The translations under genes and the position numbers were made by a program. From positions 22,912,912-22,976,911 of the forward strand of contig NC_092675.1 in assembly GCF_964355755.1 (NCBI RefSeq): a stretch of DNA of 64,000 nucleotides, read 5' to 3'. Below the pieces are notes generated by a model. The model had not been told where the DNA came from and did not search any database. It worked only from the letters and a program-made list of their open reading frames with translations. The stretch is from Antedon mediterranea (lineage: Eukaryota; Animalia; Echinodermata). Of this stretch, positions 12,949 through 26,676 are shown one piece after another (position 1 is the first letter of the stretch; every line of letters begins with the position of its first letter).

Positions 12949-15900
12949 ATGGTAAGTTGTATGCCTACAGTAAGTTGTATGCCAACAGCAGGCGTACATA
13001 TTAGTATTATTGTTAGACAGTGGTGTTTCATCACTTGTCTTCCTTTTAAGAGCATATTTTTCAATTGCAATAATGCTTCAATGAAGTTTCTTTTAAAAAT
13101 TTAAGTAGCCTATGTAATCGATTGGTGTAAGGGATGTTGAAATGGCGGGAAGCCGCCATTTTTCAAATCATGAGTCATTTAGGGTAGCTTATTCGTCTGA
13201 TATGTCCATCCCCATCGTAATTTTGTTTGAATACGTTTAAACCAACCATAACTTCTTACACAGGAGGACCGACATTCAAACGACATAGAACTAGATAACG
13301 TCGGCTATGTACCGAATGAAGACGAACTTGTCAACAGTGAGAAGAAAGAAAGTAATGTACACACAAAACAAAATGTTAATAAAGACAAAGATGAGGAGGC
13401 AGATCCCTGGCTAGCAGTTCTTCCAGAAATTGATGATAACCAGGAACCCTGGAAATGTGAGTTTTATCAAATTAACAAAACGTTACCATACTAAATTCCA
13501 GTGTTGTGCTCCAACTTTAAGAACAATTCCCAAATGTAAAATTGGAACTCATTTCGTGTCTAACAATTGTGAAAATATCCTTATCATTAAACTTAAGAGA
13601 ATAATAAAACGTTCACAAAAAATATCAACGAATTGTAATCTATACATTGTTTTAATTGATAGTTTTAAATTCATGATATTGATTAGATCTGGATTGTATG
13701 GGCAGGATGAAACGTGTAGCAAGTTACTTATGGCTTTATGTTTGTCTTCCAATATTATTCATCGGATTTCTGTATCTGTTCATCTGTTCACTGGATTTCT
13801 TAAGTTCTGCCTTCCGTCTACTGGGAGGAGAAGCAGCAGGAGAGGTAAATCCTTCATATTTTTTATAAAAGCCTATTTTATGATAGAACATTCATGTTTA
13901 ACAGTATTTTCATTTTATTAAACATTCATATTTACAAATTAAATTGTAAATATAAAAATACAGCAAGAAACAAAAAAGGAAAAAAAAAACTACACCAAAC
14001 TATTATATATATAAAATACATTAGACTACCAAATTAGTTATCATTATTAATAAAAGGTTGTACAAATTTGAATTAAGCATTACGATTCATTTGAACCAAA
14101 CACATGGTAATTACATTTAGTGATCTTTTGTTTTGTAAGAATTATTGTTTAGTTTTTTGTTGAATACATAAACTCATTTTATAGAAGTATAATGTTAGGC
14201 TAAGCTGAATATCTGCTTACCATAGTTGGTGCTGATCATTAGCGCTATGCCAATTATTATGTTATTGTTATATTCAGGTAATTTCTGAAAGTGACATTCT
14301 ATCAAATCCTGTATCTGGAGTAATGATCGGAGTGTTAGTAACTGTCTTAGTTCAGAGTTCAAGCACGTCAACATCTATTGTTGTTTCCATGGTTGGGGCA
14401 GGAAGTAAGTAATTTACTAATATTAAATTATTTTAAACAATCTTACACAACTATTCCACTTACAAATTCTATCGTTACTACATAATTCATAAAGCCTTAT
14501 CATTTTATATTATAGTTCTTGAAGTCAAAATAGCAATTCCTATTATCATGGGTGCCAACATTGGAACTTCGGTTACCAACACTATCGTTGCCCTTGGCCA
14601 ATCGGGAGACAGAAATGAATTTCGACGGGCATTTGGTGGCGCTACTGTGCATGATATGTTCAATTGGCTTACAGTAGCAATCCTTCTTCCTATCGAGTGG
14701 GCATTTGGCTATTTATACAAGTTATCAGAGGCGATTCTACCCGAAAAGCTAGACAGTAAGGAAATTGAAATTGAATTGCTGAAAGTTCTTACCAAGCCAT
14801 TCACGAAATTAATCATTGAGGTAGGTCGTCTTCATACTTCGGTTTAATTTCCTAATCTATCAATTGTTTGTTTTTTATATGCTTTTATTCTTCCACTAAA
14901 GCATGGAGCAAAAAGGTCATAGTTTGCGGCACTCGGAGGCTGCGGCATTTTTCTTTCTTATGTTTGTCCAATAACATAAACAGAAATATAAGTAGCCTAT
15001 TGTTTAAAGATTCAACATCATTTAAACTTGCATTACTACTATTATTGTTGTATTTTTTATGTTAATATTTTAATTACCGTTATTTATCTTGTCATACCAT
15101 CATTATATATTTTTATATGAAAAAAACACTGCAACATTGGTATCTATGAAGACTTTTACATGTTCGACAAATAGGCCTAACAGTGGTCAAAATGAAACAC
15201 TACATTACTTATTGCATGATGTTAATTTATTTTGCAGGTCGACAAAAAAGCAATAACAGCGGTCGCAACCAAAGGAGAGGATGAAGTGATTGATGTCCGA
15301 GTACTAAAAGTTTGTGACGACGGACCTTATAATGTAACACCTTGTAAGATCCTTTCTAATTTAAAAAATCCCTCTCAAAAAGTTCCAGCTTATTGATTTT
15401 AAAGAAAAAATAAAAACAAAGTAAATGCGTACTAAACGAAACAAATTCATTTCACTGGTTGAATTGGGATAGAATGACCCACTAATCCTAATCCGATTAC
15501 AATTAACTTAGTAAGGTATTGTATGAATAATTTGTTTGTTTTTTTTTCTTAGGTGAATATGAACATCTTTTTGCCAACACATCTCTTACGGATTCACAAG
15601 CTGGTGTAATAATGTTGTTTGTATCTCTTTTCCTGCTCTGTTTCTGTTTATTTGTCATCATCAAAATTCTACACACAGTTCTTCGAGGAAAAATTGCACA
15701 TTTTATCAAAAAGTTCATCAATGCAGACTTTCCAGGGAAGTTGTCATTTTTAGCCGGATATCTGGCAATCTTAGTCGGTGCTGGCCTAACTTTTCTGGTT
15801 CAAAGTAGTTCAATTTTTACCTCTGCTATAACTCCTCTTGTCGGAGTTGGGGTTATCACTTTAGACAGAATGTACCCGCTGACACTCGGTGCCAACATAG

Positions 15901-16436
15901 GCACAACTGCCACTGCAATGATTGCTTCTTTAGCCGCTAGTGGAAGCAAGCTGAAACCTTCAATCCAAGTGGCTCTATGCCATCTTATCTTTAACATAAC
16001 TGGTATCATTATCTGGTATCCTATACCTTTTATGCGTCAAGTACCAATATCGCTGGCAAAATCATTAGGTAATACAACTGCTAAGTATCGTTGGTTTGCC
16101 CTTTTGTATCTGATACTTGTATTTTTTCTATTGCCAGGCATTGTTTTTAGTCTCTCGTTGTGGAGTATTTGGGCACTTGTAGGATTTGGTTTGCCGATTC
16201 TCATTCTGTTCCTCTTGATTGTATTGGTCAATATCTTACAAAATAAACGCCCGGGATGGCTCCCAGTTATTCTACGAGATTGGGAATTCCTTCCACAATG
16301 GCTTCATTCTCTCAAACCACTAGACCGCATTATAACCAAGTTATTGGAAATTGTATGTATATGTTGTTACAAACGTGATGTTGAAGAACGTGTTGGTGGA
16401 GAAAACAGTTTAAAAAGCTCCTTTGTATCAGTTTAA
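12949..16436 (+). CDS. Sodium-dependent phosphate cotransporter type II (SLC34A/NaPi-II), ~591 aa
   Basis: ATG-only exon (12949-12951; alternatives at 12190 and 12774), then 13264-13456, 13687-13844, 14278-14404, 14516-14820, 15238-15343, 15553-16436. Motifs: [52 protein letters not shown], and a second VQSSS and LGANIGTT. Confidence 0.95.
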
Positions 16437-17879
16437 GGAAATAGGTTTAGTAGGACCTAATTTAATTAAATTAAAGATGACTAAAGTAAAGATAATATCG
16501 TATGTATTAGTAATATTTTTAATTGGGTGATGGTGGGTAGTGTATACTGATACAATTATAACTAACATTGTTATTTTATTTAGTCAATTTTAACCAAATT
16601 AAAATGTATATGTATGATACAGTTTTATACAGACTTAAATTCCGGAGATAGCCTATACTGTTACATAGAAAAACAATATAGAAATCCTAATAAAAAAGTA
16701 TAAAATACTAGATATTTTAATTTGTTTCTTAATTTATTTCTGTATGTAAGCCTATATTTGATAATAAATATTTGTTTTAAAAAACTAATTCATTTTTTCA
16801 GGTACGATTTTGATATCCCAACAAAACCAACTACTTTCAACTTAATGTTGGATTTACGTACAACTTTTAGCCATTCAGCCATTCCTACAATAAAACCCAA
16901 AATGTTTTACATTACTAACTCCCATTTATCCATTCACGTTTGCCTTTTCAACTGATTTTAAGTCAAGTTTAGTTTGTGAATTCTGATTCTCTTCTTTTAA
17001 TACTATTGGCCCATAATTATTTTCTATTTTGATCTATTTTCTTTATAAATAAAACAACAACGTGACTGTAACTGTACTCTTTCCTGATTTTATTAATCCT
17101 ACTGATGACTTTTCAAAACCTTGGGAACTTAACAACATAATGCTCGAAGAGTTTTAAATAAATAAGTAAATATGTATGTACATTTATATCAAACATAATG
17201 ATAATATTATTGAAGATATAGAAACGACAACTCAAAAGGACAAACAATGTTTACTTGCTACTGATATTTGGAAACAAAAGAAATAAAAAAATGAAAATAA
17301 GAAGTTTAATGTTAATGTAGGTAAGCAACACGAGATTAAAAAAAAAAAACCACTTAGGCCTATAGCTTTAACCAAGAGGACTTCCCTACAAAAACACAGT
17401 GTAGGTCTTTCAACACTTTCTGTATGTTAGACCTATTTATAATACGATTTTGGATATTTGAATATTACGTCAGTGGTAGGCTACGTTTTAAGTTAGCAAG
17501 TACAGCTGATGTGTTGATTTTGAACCAGATGCTTAGAGATATTGTTTCCTAGTATTTGTTTTCAATCAATTGTAGGCCAACACCTCCCTGGTATATACAA
17601 AAAAATCAATAGAATAAACGTCAGAATTTGAAATTTATATTTACAAAATGAAAGCTGTTTTCGGCTAACAATAAGAGATTTATAAATTCTTTTGATTGAC
17701 ACTTCCAATAGTTTATATATCAGATATTTTGGAGAGAGTTTCTCTGGTAAAAGAATATGATGAAGAAATATTTGTATAGGATACTAAAAAAGGTCTAATG
17801 TAATACAGTTCAAATGTTTTAAACCCTGTTTACTCTCAGGCGGAGCTCCGGCCCTCATCCTAGCTATTACTCCCAATTA

Positions 17880-19255
<1,376 letters not shown>

Positions 19256-20239
19256 GACTAAGTTGAATATGATTGGATAAATGACAATTCCCAACGTTTA
19301 GTGTAGAATTACATAGGGGAATTGGGTTAATGATAAGTTAACAATATTCTCAACAAACAACGACGATAATTGATAAATGTGCATTTTTTTTCTACAGAAA
19401 AAAGAAATTGGAAGTTGAATACTAGAACTACAGAAAAACCATTAATAACATTTGTTCAAATTACGTCATGATCAAGAACGATATCGATTTTATTGTGCTT
19501 ACTGATCATGACGGAATTTAACAGGAGTTTTTCATTAGGAACTTTCCGGTTATTCTATAGTTGTAGGCTGAAAAATGTTCTAATTTTGTTTTTAGTAAGG
19601 AAACATTTGTATTTATCGTCGTTGTTTATGCATAGTTAATGCTTATTATCAAAAATATTAAATTAAAATTTTCCAATTATAAATATTACTAACAAAACTA
19701 AAATAACAGATAGCTTTTTATTAAACATAATAGTACAGTATTATTTTTCCAATAATAACACTCAGCTAGGTAGAATATTTTTACATATTTACAACATCAT
19801 AAAACAGTAATGTTTTACAGCCGCACACAAAAAAAAATAATTAAGTGAAATGAAATCACAAATAAAAAAATACAACAATCAAAATACAACAACACTGTAG
19901 ACATATGTGACAAGTTGCATCAAACATTTATTTTGTTTGTTGATATTTCTTTTTAATTCACTATATTACTGTTAAATTTCCCCAAATTTAAGTTATGTTA
20001 GCATTCACATACTCACCTGCTGTTAACAGTATAAATAACCTAAAAATGTAAAGTATATTATGAATTTTAATTAAATGTATGTCACACCCTAATCAATACT
20101 CCTATTGAAGGGCATCAAACAAACATATATTGTACGTTGTACATGTATTATAACAGTGTAATACTTTTCTTTTTAATTTCCCATATTCAAGTTAATTTAA
20201 AAGTTATGTTAGCAATCACATACACACGTGATAGACAGT

Positions 20240-20475
20240 AAGGGAAGGCGAGTCCCGTGTTCTCTGAACGTAGGGGAATGATCTGTTAGGAGCTCATTGT
20301 ACTAAGCATTATGTGGTAGGGTGGCCAGTTCCTTTCCACGCCGCCTTTTTTCTCCCTAGTATTTTCAACCAGGTACTCATTTACTACAGCTGAGTGGACT
20401 GGGAGTTGTCGGGAATTGAACCCGGGTCTATCTGTATGACAGTCAAGTGTCCTAACCACTCGGCTATTCAACTCC
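20240..20475 (-). mobile_element. tRNA(Asp-GTC)-derived SINE
   Basis: On the - strand: GGAGTTGAATAGCCGAGTGGTTAGG (A box), CTGTCAT loop, GGGTTCAATTCCC (B box), CAACTCC. These are followed by a SINE-core-like GTCCACTCAGCTGTAGTAAATGAGTACCTG. Confidence 0.75.
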
Positions 20476-21346
20476 AAGTGATAGACAGTATACAAATAAA
20501 ATGATGTTTGCATTGCTATTTATATGTTTACAATTGTTCGAATCAATGTTTCTATTCTGTTTTTTAACTATGGGAGTTGACAGATATAGCATTGTACTTT
20601 GTTTTCTATAGTACATTTTCTTACCTACAATACAATTACATAAAGTACTTGCCAAATTAAATGTATCAAAGGTGTGAATATTCAAAATAAAGCAACTATG
20701 AATGACTACAATAGGTGCAATCACATTCAAACTCTGTATATGTAATCAAAGCTTTTAATATAGCATAGTTTTTTTTACGTCAACTAATGACAACTAACTA
20801 TTGTTGAAAGCGTTTTTGAATCGATAGATTGAAGTGAAATGTCTCTTTAAGTTAAAACAAATATATACCAGTGTAAGTTTAAGAGGATAGAATTACACTC
20901 TTTAAAAAATAAAATATAAAAAATACCTGAAATTCTGTATAATTAATAGGGGAATACAAGTCTATATAAGCAGAAAAAATGTGTAATATTATTTAGATAA
21001 TTATTATAGTAACTTAAACATTTAAGGCTATATGGCATTTTACATAAAATTATCAATTAAAGTAATTACAAGTGGCTGTGACATTTGATATACTGTCTAT
21101 ATCACAATAATACAGGTATTTTGTACTACAAAAATAATAAATAAGTAAAATAAATCAGGTCATTTTGTAGCATAAACCATTTATATTTTTACGATGATGA
21201 ATTTGACACAACAGAAAAAACAAATTGAATTGTTGTTTCCCTGATAAATAAAAACTTATAATAAAAATCTCCAGTAGCAATGTTCTACAAGTATATTGCT
21301 TGTAGGCCAGTATTCCTTAAATTTGTTGTCAAATAGTGTGGGTTGT

Positions 21347-24300
21347 CTATCCATTACTAGTTTCTTGGTTCGATTCTACTCTAGGTACTTTTCTTGCAGG
21401 TGATGAATCAGATTCTAGATTGGCATTACTTGTATCGCGTTTCTTTTGATTATTCTGGGGAGAGAAAAAAGAAATTTAGAAAGGTTGAAGAAAGACAAGG
21501 GGCGCTAGTTCCGTTTCGCACCTGTTTTTATTTCGACTTCCTTTGGACTCCAAACTTGTTAAGTAACTTATTGTGAATACCACACCTTAAAATTGGGCCT
21601 CATAAGTACTTTTATGAAGAAGAATCACATAAAAAGTAACAAATAAATCTTTTAAATTGATGATTTTACAAACATGTTTCTCGCATACCGATACTATGGA
21701 ACGCCAAAAGAGCAACTATAATAAATAGATGGTTAAAGACTCAGTGGAATGCGTCTTTTAATGCATCTATTAAATCAGCATCACTACCTAGCCTAGGTCT
21801 AAGACTAAGAGGAATATTATTTAGATCATTAAGGTATAAACCTACAGTACATGTAATATGATGATGAATTTGTCAATTTTCATTCTTAAAAGTTAACGAA
21901 AACTGTGAAAACAATGTACAGTATCAACAGTAACATTTTTGTAGCATTGACATTGACAAAATATGTTGAAATTGAACGTAATTTTCACCAATAAATGCAT
22001 GAAATATACGCATTATACCGAGTTTTTAGCCCTCTATTGTGATTGCTCTTTTGGCGCTCCATAGAAACAACAACATTGAACATGGAGTATGCGAAATTCA
22101 CGAAACGATGTGCAAGAAAAGCGTCTGTAAATTCATCAATTTAAAGGATTTATTTGTTACTTTTTGTTTGATCTCCTGCGTAAAAGTATTTTTGAAGCAT
22201 AATTCTAAGGTGTGGTATACTCACGATAAAGTTACTTAAAAAATGTTGATTCGAAATAAATGACAGGTGCGGAACTAACACCGGTTTAAGATAACCACAT
22301 ACTGGACTTTCCTATGTTAAAGACTAGAAAAGATTATTTTGTTGAGAAATTTCGGTAAACTTTCATCACTAGATTTTAATCGCTTGCACAAATATGTTGT
22401 CTAACTCAAGGTTTACAAAGATGTAATAAATATGTGGCGGTCGAGCTAATCCATGTTAAGGCCTACACTTTCACCTTAACAAAAACCATGTTTTGTAAAA
22501 TACCGTGCAAACTTTCATCTTCAATCTCAGTAAATGTTATACCTTTATAATTTAAAAAAACAAAGATGACATTTTACATTACTTTCTGGAAAAAAAAATT
22601 GATTAAAAAGTATTTAGCAGAGAAAAGACATTTTTATAACATGTAAACCATAAGGCATGAATAGAATCATATATTGTTTGAAGGTTTGCATAATGAAATC
22701 AATATGTTGATATAGGGTTTGCAGTACATATAGTTCTGAGAAGAACTGTTGAATGGAATCACAAACATGTAAGGGTAGGTTACAACAAGTTGAGGGTGGG
22801 ACCTTTTTGTATTGTATTCATTTCACTATTGTAAACTAACCTTTTTGTCCCATTGTTGATGTAGGTACCTCAGTAAAATATTAGTTTTTTCTGTTGTTAT
22901 AACTGAAAACAAAACAATACAAATTAATCTTAATAATAATAGAAATGTGATGATGTACAGGTATAACGAAAACAAGTTAAAATATGAAATAAAAATGTTC
23001 CAGATAACAGAATTGTTATTTATTATAGTTCTCAATTCAATGTAAATAACAATAGATAACAATACATATATTAATTACTATATAATTCACAGCATCTGAT
23101 TGGAAAATCATTGGGCTACAGTTATTGCCATGAAATCGAACTGCGCGTATCGGTGTTTCATCCTGAATGACATATAGCCATAGCCGACTTAGAGGATTTA
23201 CAAAGTTTAGCAACCAGTATGAAGTATGCTTTGGGAATATTTATTGCATAGCTGGAAAAGATTAGTACAGTATAATCTCTTACTACTGTTACCAAATTCA
23301 ACAATCAAAATACATTTTCAATGGTTGATACATTGCTGAAGAGAAAAGCACAATTTTACATTAGCTACAACACATTTATACCAGATTTATACCATATAAA
23401 ATTATCATTCATTTTTCAGTTGCTGGTAGTCAGACAAGAAACATAATTTGTGGCAAATACTTCATTACTGTACCTTGTTCACATGGATAGTCTTTGGTTG
23501 GTAGATAAACTGTTGGTTTTTTACTCTGAAAAAAAAATATATATATAATATCATTGATGATAATCAATTGGATTGGGAATTCTTGGAAGGAGCCATATAA
23601 AACAAATTCCATTGAAAACCAATTTTCAATACAGTGCAACACAGATTGATAATTAGTTGCTTTTATTTGTCATCTTTACATTAAGAATAGTATTACCAAC
23701 ATAATTTGTCCTCGTCTCCTCCTAGCCTAGTGATTAGTTTTTGAAAGTTGCCCTTAATTTTTTATTCTAAGCAGCCCTTCACAAGTTTTAGCTTTTTGGG
23801 TTTTGCCGCTCTTATTTATAATTAATATATCACAAACTTTTTACATATAAAAGAAAAATAATAATAATTAATTTAAAAAACAGTTATAAAAATAGCACCA
23901 AAATTGTTTTTGAAATTCCCCTCTACCATCAGTAATATTTAGTAGATTTTGATTGGCAACTGGAAACCAACCTTTTATTGGTAATTATCAACAAAATGTG
24001 TTTGTTGTTCAAATGAGTTTAATATTTCAGATTTTTCTTTCTATTTTTCAAAATTAAATTCATACTCTTTTCTACTTACCGTTGTTTTACCTGCATCACA
24101 ATGGAATCGAGTGAAGTTTCTTTCATTAAAGGAAGGTAAACTTTTTAATAATTCACTGGTGTTCTGTAAATCAAAAAAATACGGTAATTTCTTTATATAA
24201 TAAATATAAACAATTATGACAATTTGATGACTGATGTTTGAACATTTCGAAACAAAAACCAGGTATACATAGTATTGTAATAGTAAATTAGTACTTAGTA

Positions 24301-25013
24301 ATCTATTGAAGACATGTCACAATCTACACTACAGTTAAAACGATAGTAAATTACACAATGGGGGGGCACAACTTTTTCGGTTATATTGAATAGGCTGAAA
24401 ATGGCCCCCATGTTCAACTTGTTTGTGGTTCTCTCCCAATCAAAGTGTAAAAAGGGTAAATTAATTAATATTATTAATTATTATTACTCCATGCTGCTCT
24501 GCTCTGACCAGCTTCTTGCCTCACAGGCCTACTGTAGGCCCAGAGTATTTATATTAAAATAAAAAGTTCTATTATCTTACAAACAAGAAACAAGTTTCAA
24601 TATAAATTATAAATAACACTGCAACAACATGTAGAACATTTACAATATGTTGTAGAACAGACAGTCTAGTACTACTACCATCACCAGTTCTTCTAGCTTG
24701 GCTACCCTAGCCTCTAGGACCAGCCTCTAGTGTAGGGCCTAGGCATAGACCTACTTACATAGTCTCCTACCTAGTGGGCCTAGCTACAGTACAGTACTGT
24801 AGTGTATATGTAGGCCAGGCCCAGCCAGGGAGTGAGTGAGGAAGAGGGATTCCCAGGAAGAGAGGCAACAAACAAAAAAAAGCTAATCGCAAAGGCTACT
24901 ACTAGGCCTACTAGCTATGCCTATGTAATAGGTTTATTACAGTTCATTGACATCTTAATTAAGTATCATGACGATTGATGAAGCTAAGTAAATGGTAAAA
25001 TGAGTCTTACCAT
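21347..25013 (-). CDS. DDA1: DET1- and DDB1-associated protein 1, 102 aa, 5 coding exons
   Basis: Exons 25013-25011 (ATG), 24163-24080, 23525-23474, 22902-22841, 21454-21347. Product: [74 protein letters not shown]...; [18 protein letters not shown] is the DDA1 hallmark. Confidence 0.95.
21502..22282. mobile_element. Foldback-type TIR element with ~210-bp degenerate inverted arms in DDA1 intron 4
   Basis: TAGTTCCG..GCACCTGT...TACCACACCTTA...AAAAAGTAACAAATAAATC...CGCCAAAAGAGCAA on the left is mirrored by TTGCTCTTTTGGCG...GATTTATTTGTTACTTTTT...TAAGGTGTGGTA...ACAGGTGCGGAACTA on the right. Confidence 0.75.
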
Positions 25014-25934
25014 ACTGTCAATTTACTAGGCTAGGCCCACCACCGACACTCAGCAGTCATACGTACTATGACCACCTCCCGACGATCGATTTTATAAAGG
25101 TGTCGTATATTTTTGAGTTCTGATGTCGAGTGTGTTCCCAACGCGTTTTAAACTTAAGCAACGCGTTTTACAAAGCTTTAAAAAAATGACCACCCATTCA
25201 TAGCCTACTGTATATTACATTTGGATTTTCAAACAAATCGAGTAGGCATACCTGTTTTCCAAAGCTATGAACTATTAAAAAACCGAGTAATTTCCTAAAA
25301 TATGTATTTTAATTAGAAATAGGCCCTAAATAACCGTAACAGCATTTTAATGTATTTTTTGTTAATGTATTTATGAGTAGGCCTATCGCAGTTTTGTTTA
25401 CGATTTTAAATACTTTTACATACTGTGTGTTTGTAGTGTGGTATGGTATCAGAACACACTATACTTTTTAATATCAAGTTTTGTATTGTAGCATACACAC
25501 ATTAGATGTGCCTTAAATCCACACATGCAGTCGAATTAAAAATATAAAATTACTATAAAAACACACATAGATAGAAACAATTACCCGAATACAGTATTAT
25601 TTAATATTCCATAACTTAGTTTGGGCATGTAAAAATCTAAGTTCATACAAAAATACACTTGCAAACTAAAATAAAAAAAAGCAAAAAACATATAATCATA
25701 AAATAAAGTTATTGACTGTACTATTAGCGGTTAGTATTGGCAACGATATTTTGAGTTAATCGGAAATATCCTTGATTCACGTCACTCCTTACAGGAATGG
25801 ATTAAAAACACACCTTTAAATTAATCCGCGATGTACACTTTGATCTCCGCCGCCATTATGAAATCAACATTGATGAGGAACCAATAATGATTCTATATCT
25901 GCAGTCTGTTCTATATTGTTCCATTCTTATTTCG

Positions 25935-26676
25935 TTTTTAGTCGCGTGGACGCGACTCTATAGTTCACTATGTCGGTCGGTCGGTCAGTCTGTTGGTCTG
26001 TCGGTCTGTCTGTCGGTCCGGTATCACTATGCGTTTTATCGCTTTCTGACCTTATCTTGATATCAGTTTAATCTAGCTAAGTCAATTTTTCACAGTATAT
26101 TCCTTATGGCCAGGAATCGATGTGGTTATGTTTTCACGGTGCGCAATAAAAAATTACGCGGTCTACGCACGATTTAACGAAATCACGTTTGTAATCATAT
26201 CTTCACAACCATGAATCACAATTAAATAAAATTTGGTACTCATAAATTTCAGGGCATAAATCATCATATGGCAATACAATTACGTGCGTAGCGCATGTAA
26301 CGCATGCGTACGCACGCTTAAAATTTTCAACATTTATTTTCGATGAAATAAGAGTACGTTTCAGGCAATTTTAAGCGTTTACAAAATTGCCATGAGTGCG
26401 CAATTTTTGCGCGCGCACTGCGCGTTAAATGTTATTGCGCACTCTTTTTGCCCGATTTCTGTTTTCTTGACTTACTTTTCAACTCGAAATTACGTTATAC
26501 GAGCACGTCAAAAGTGACAGGCTACGCACGTGTAAATTAAAAAAATATAAATGTTTTTAAACATTTCAACATTTTTAAACATGTTCAGTAATTTCGGTCA
26601 GTTGGTAGGTTGGTCGGTCGGTCGGTCGGTAAACACTAATGAGCACGCGACTGCAGCCATCTATATGGCCTTGTTT
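25935..26676 (+). mobile_element. Non-autonomous Helentron/DINE-1-type element
   Basis: 5' TTTTTAGTCGCGTG subTIR with adjacent inverted copy ACGCGACT, (GTCG/GTCT)n microsatellite, 3' subTIR CACGCGACT, stem-loop GCCATCTATATGGC and CTTGTTT end. Confidence 0.8.

Noticed and set aside
17825-17862. GC-rich hairpin after the cystine-knot stop codon as a SECIS element
   Set aside because: No apical AA loop or correct stem spacing, and the CDS ends TAG TAA with no in-frame TGA.
20400-20475. Functional tRNA-Asp(GTC) gene
   Set aside because: The anticodon stem does not pair and the sequence runs on into a SINE core with no terminator.
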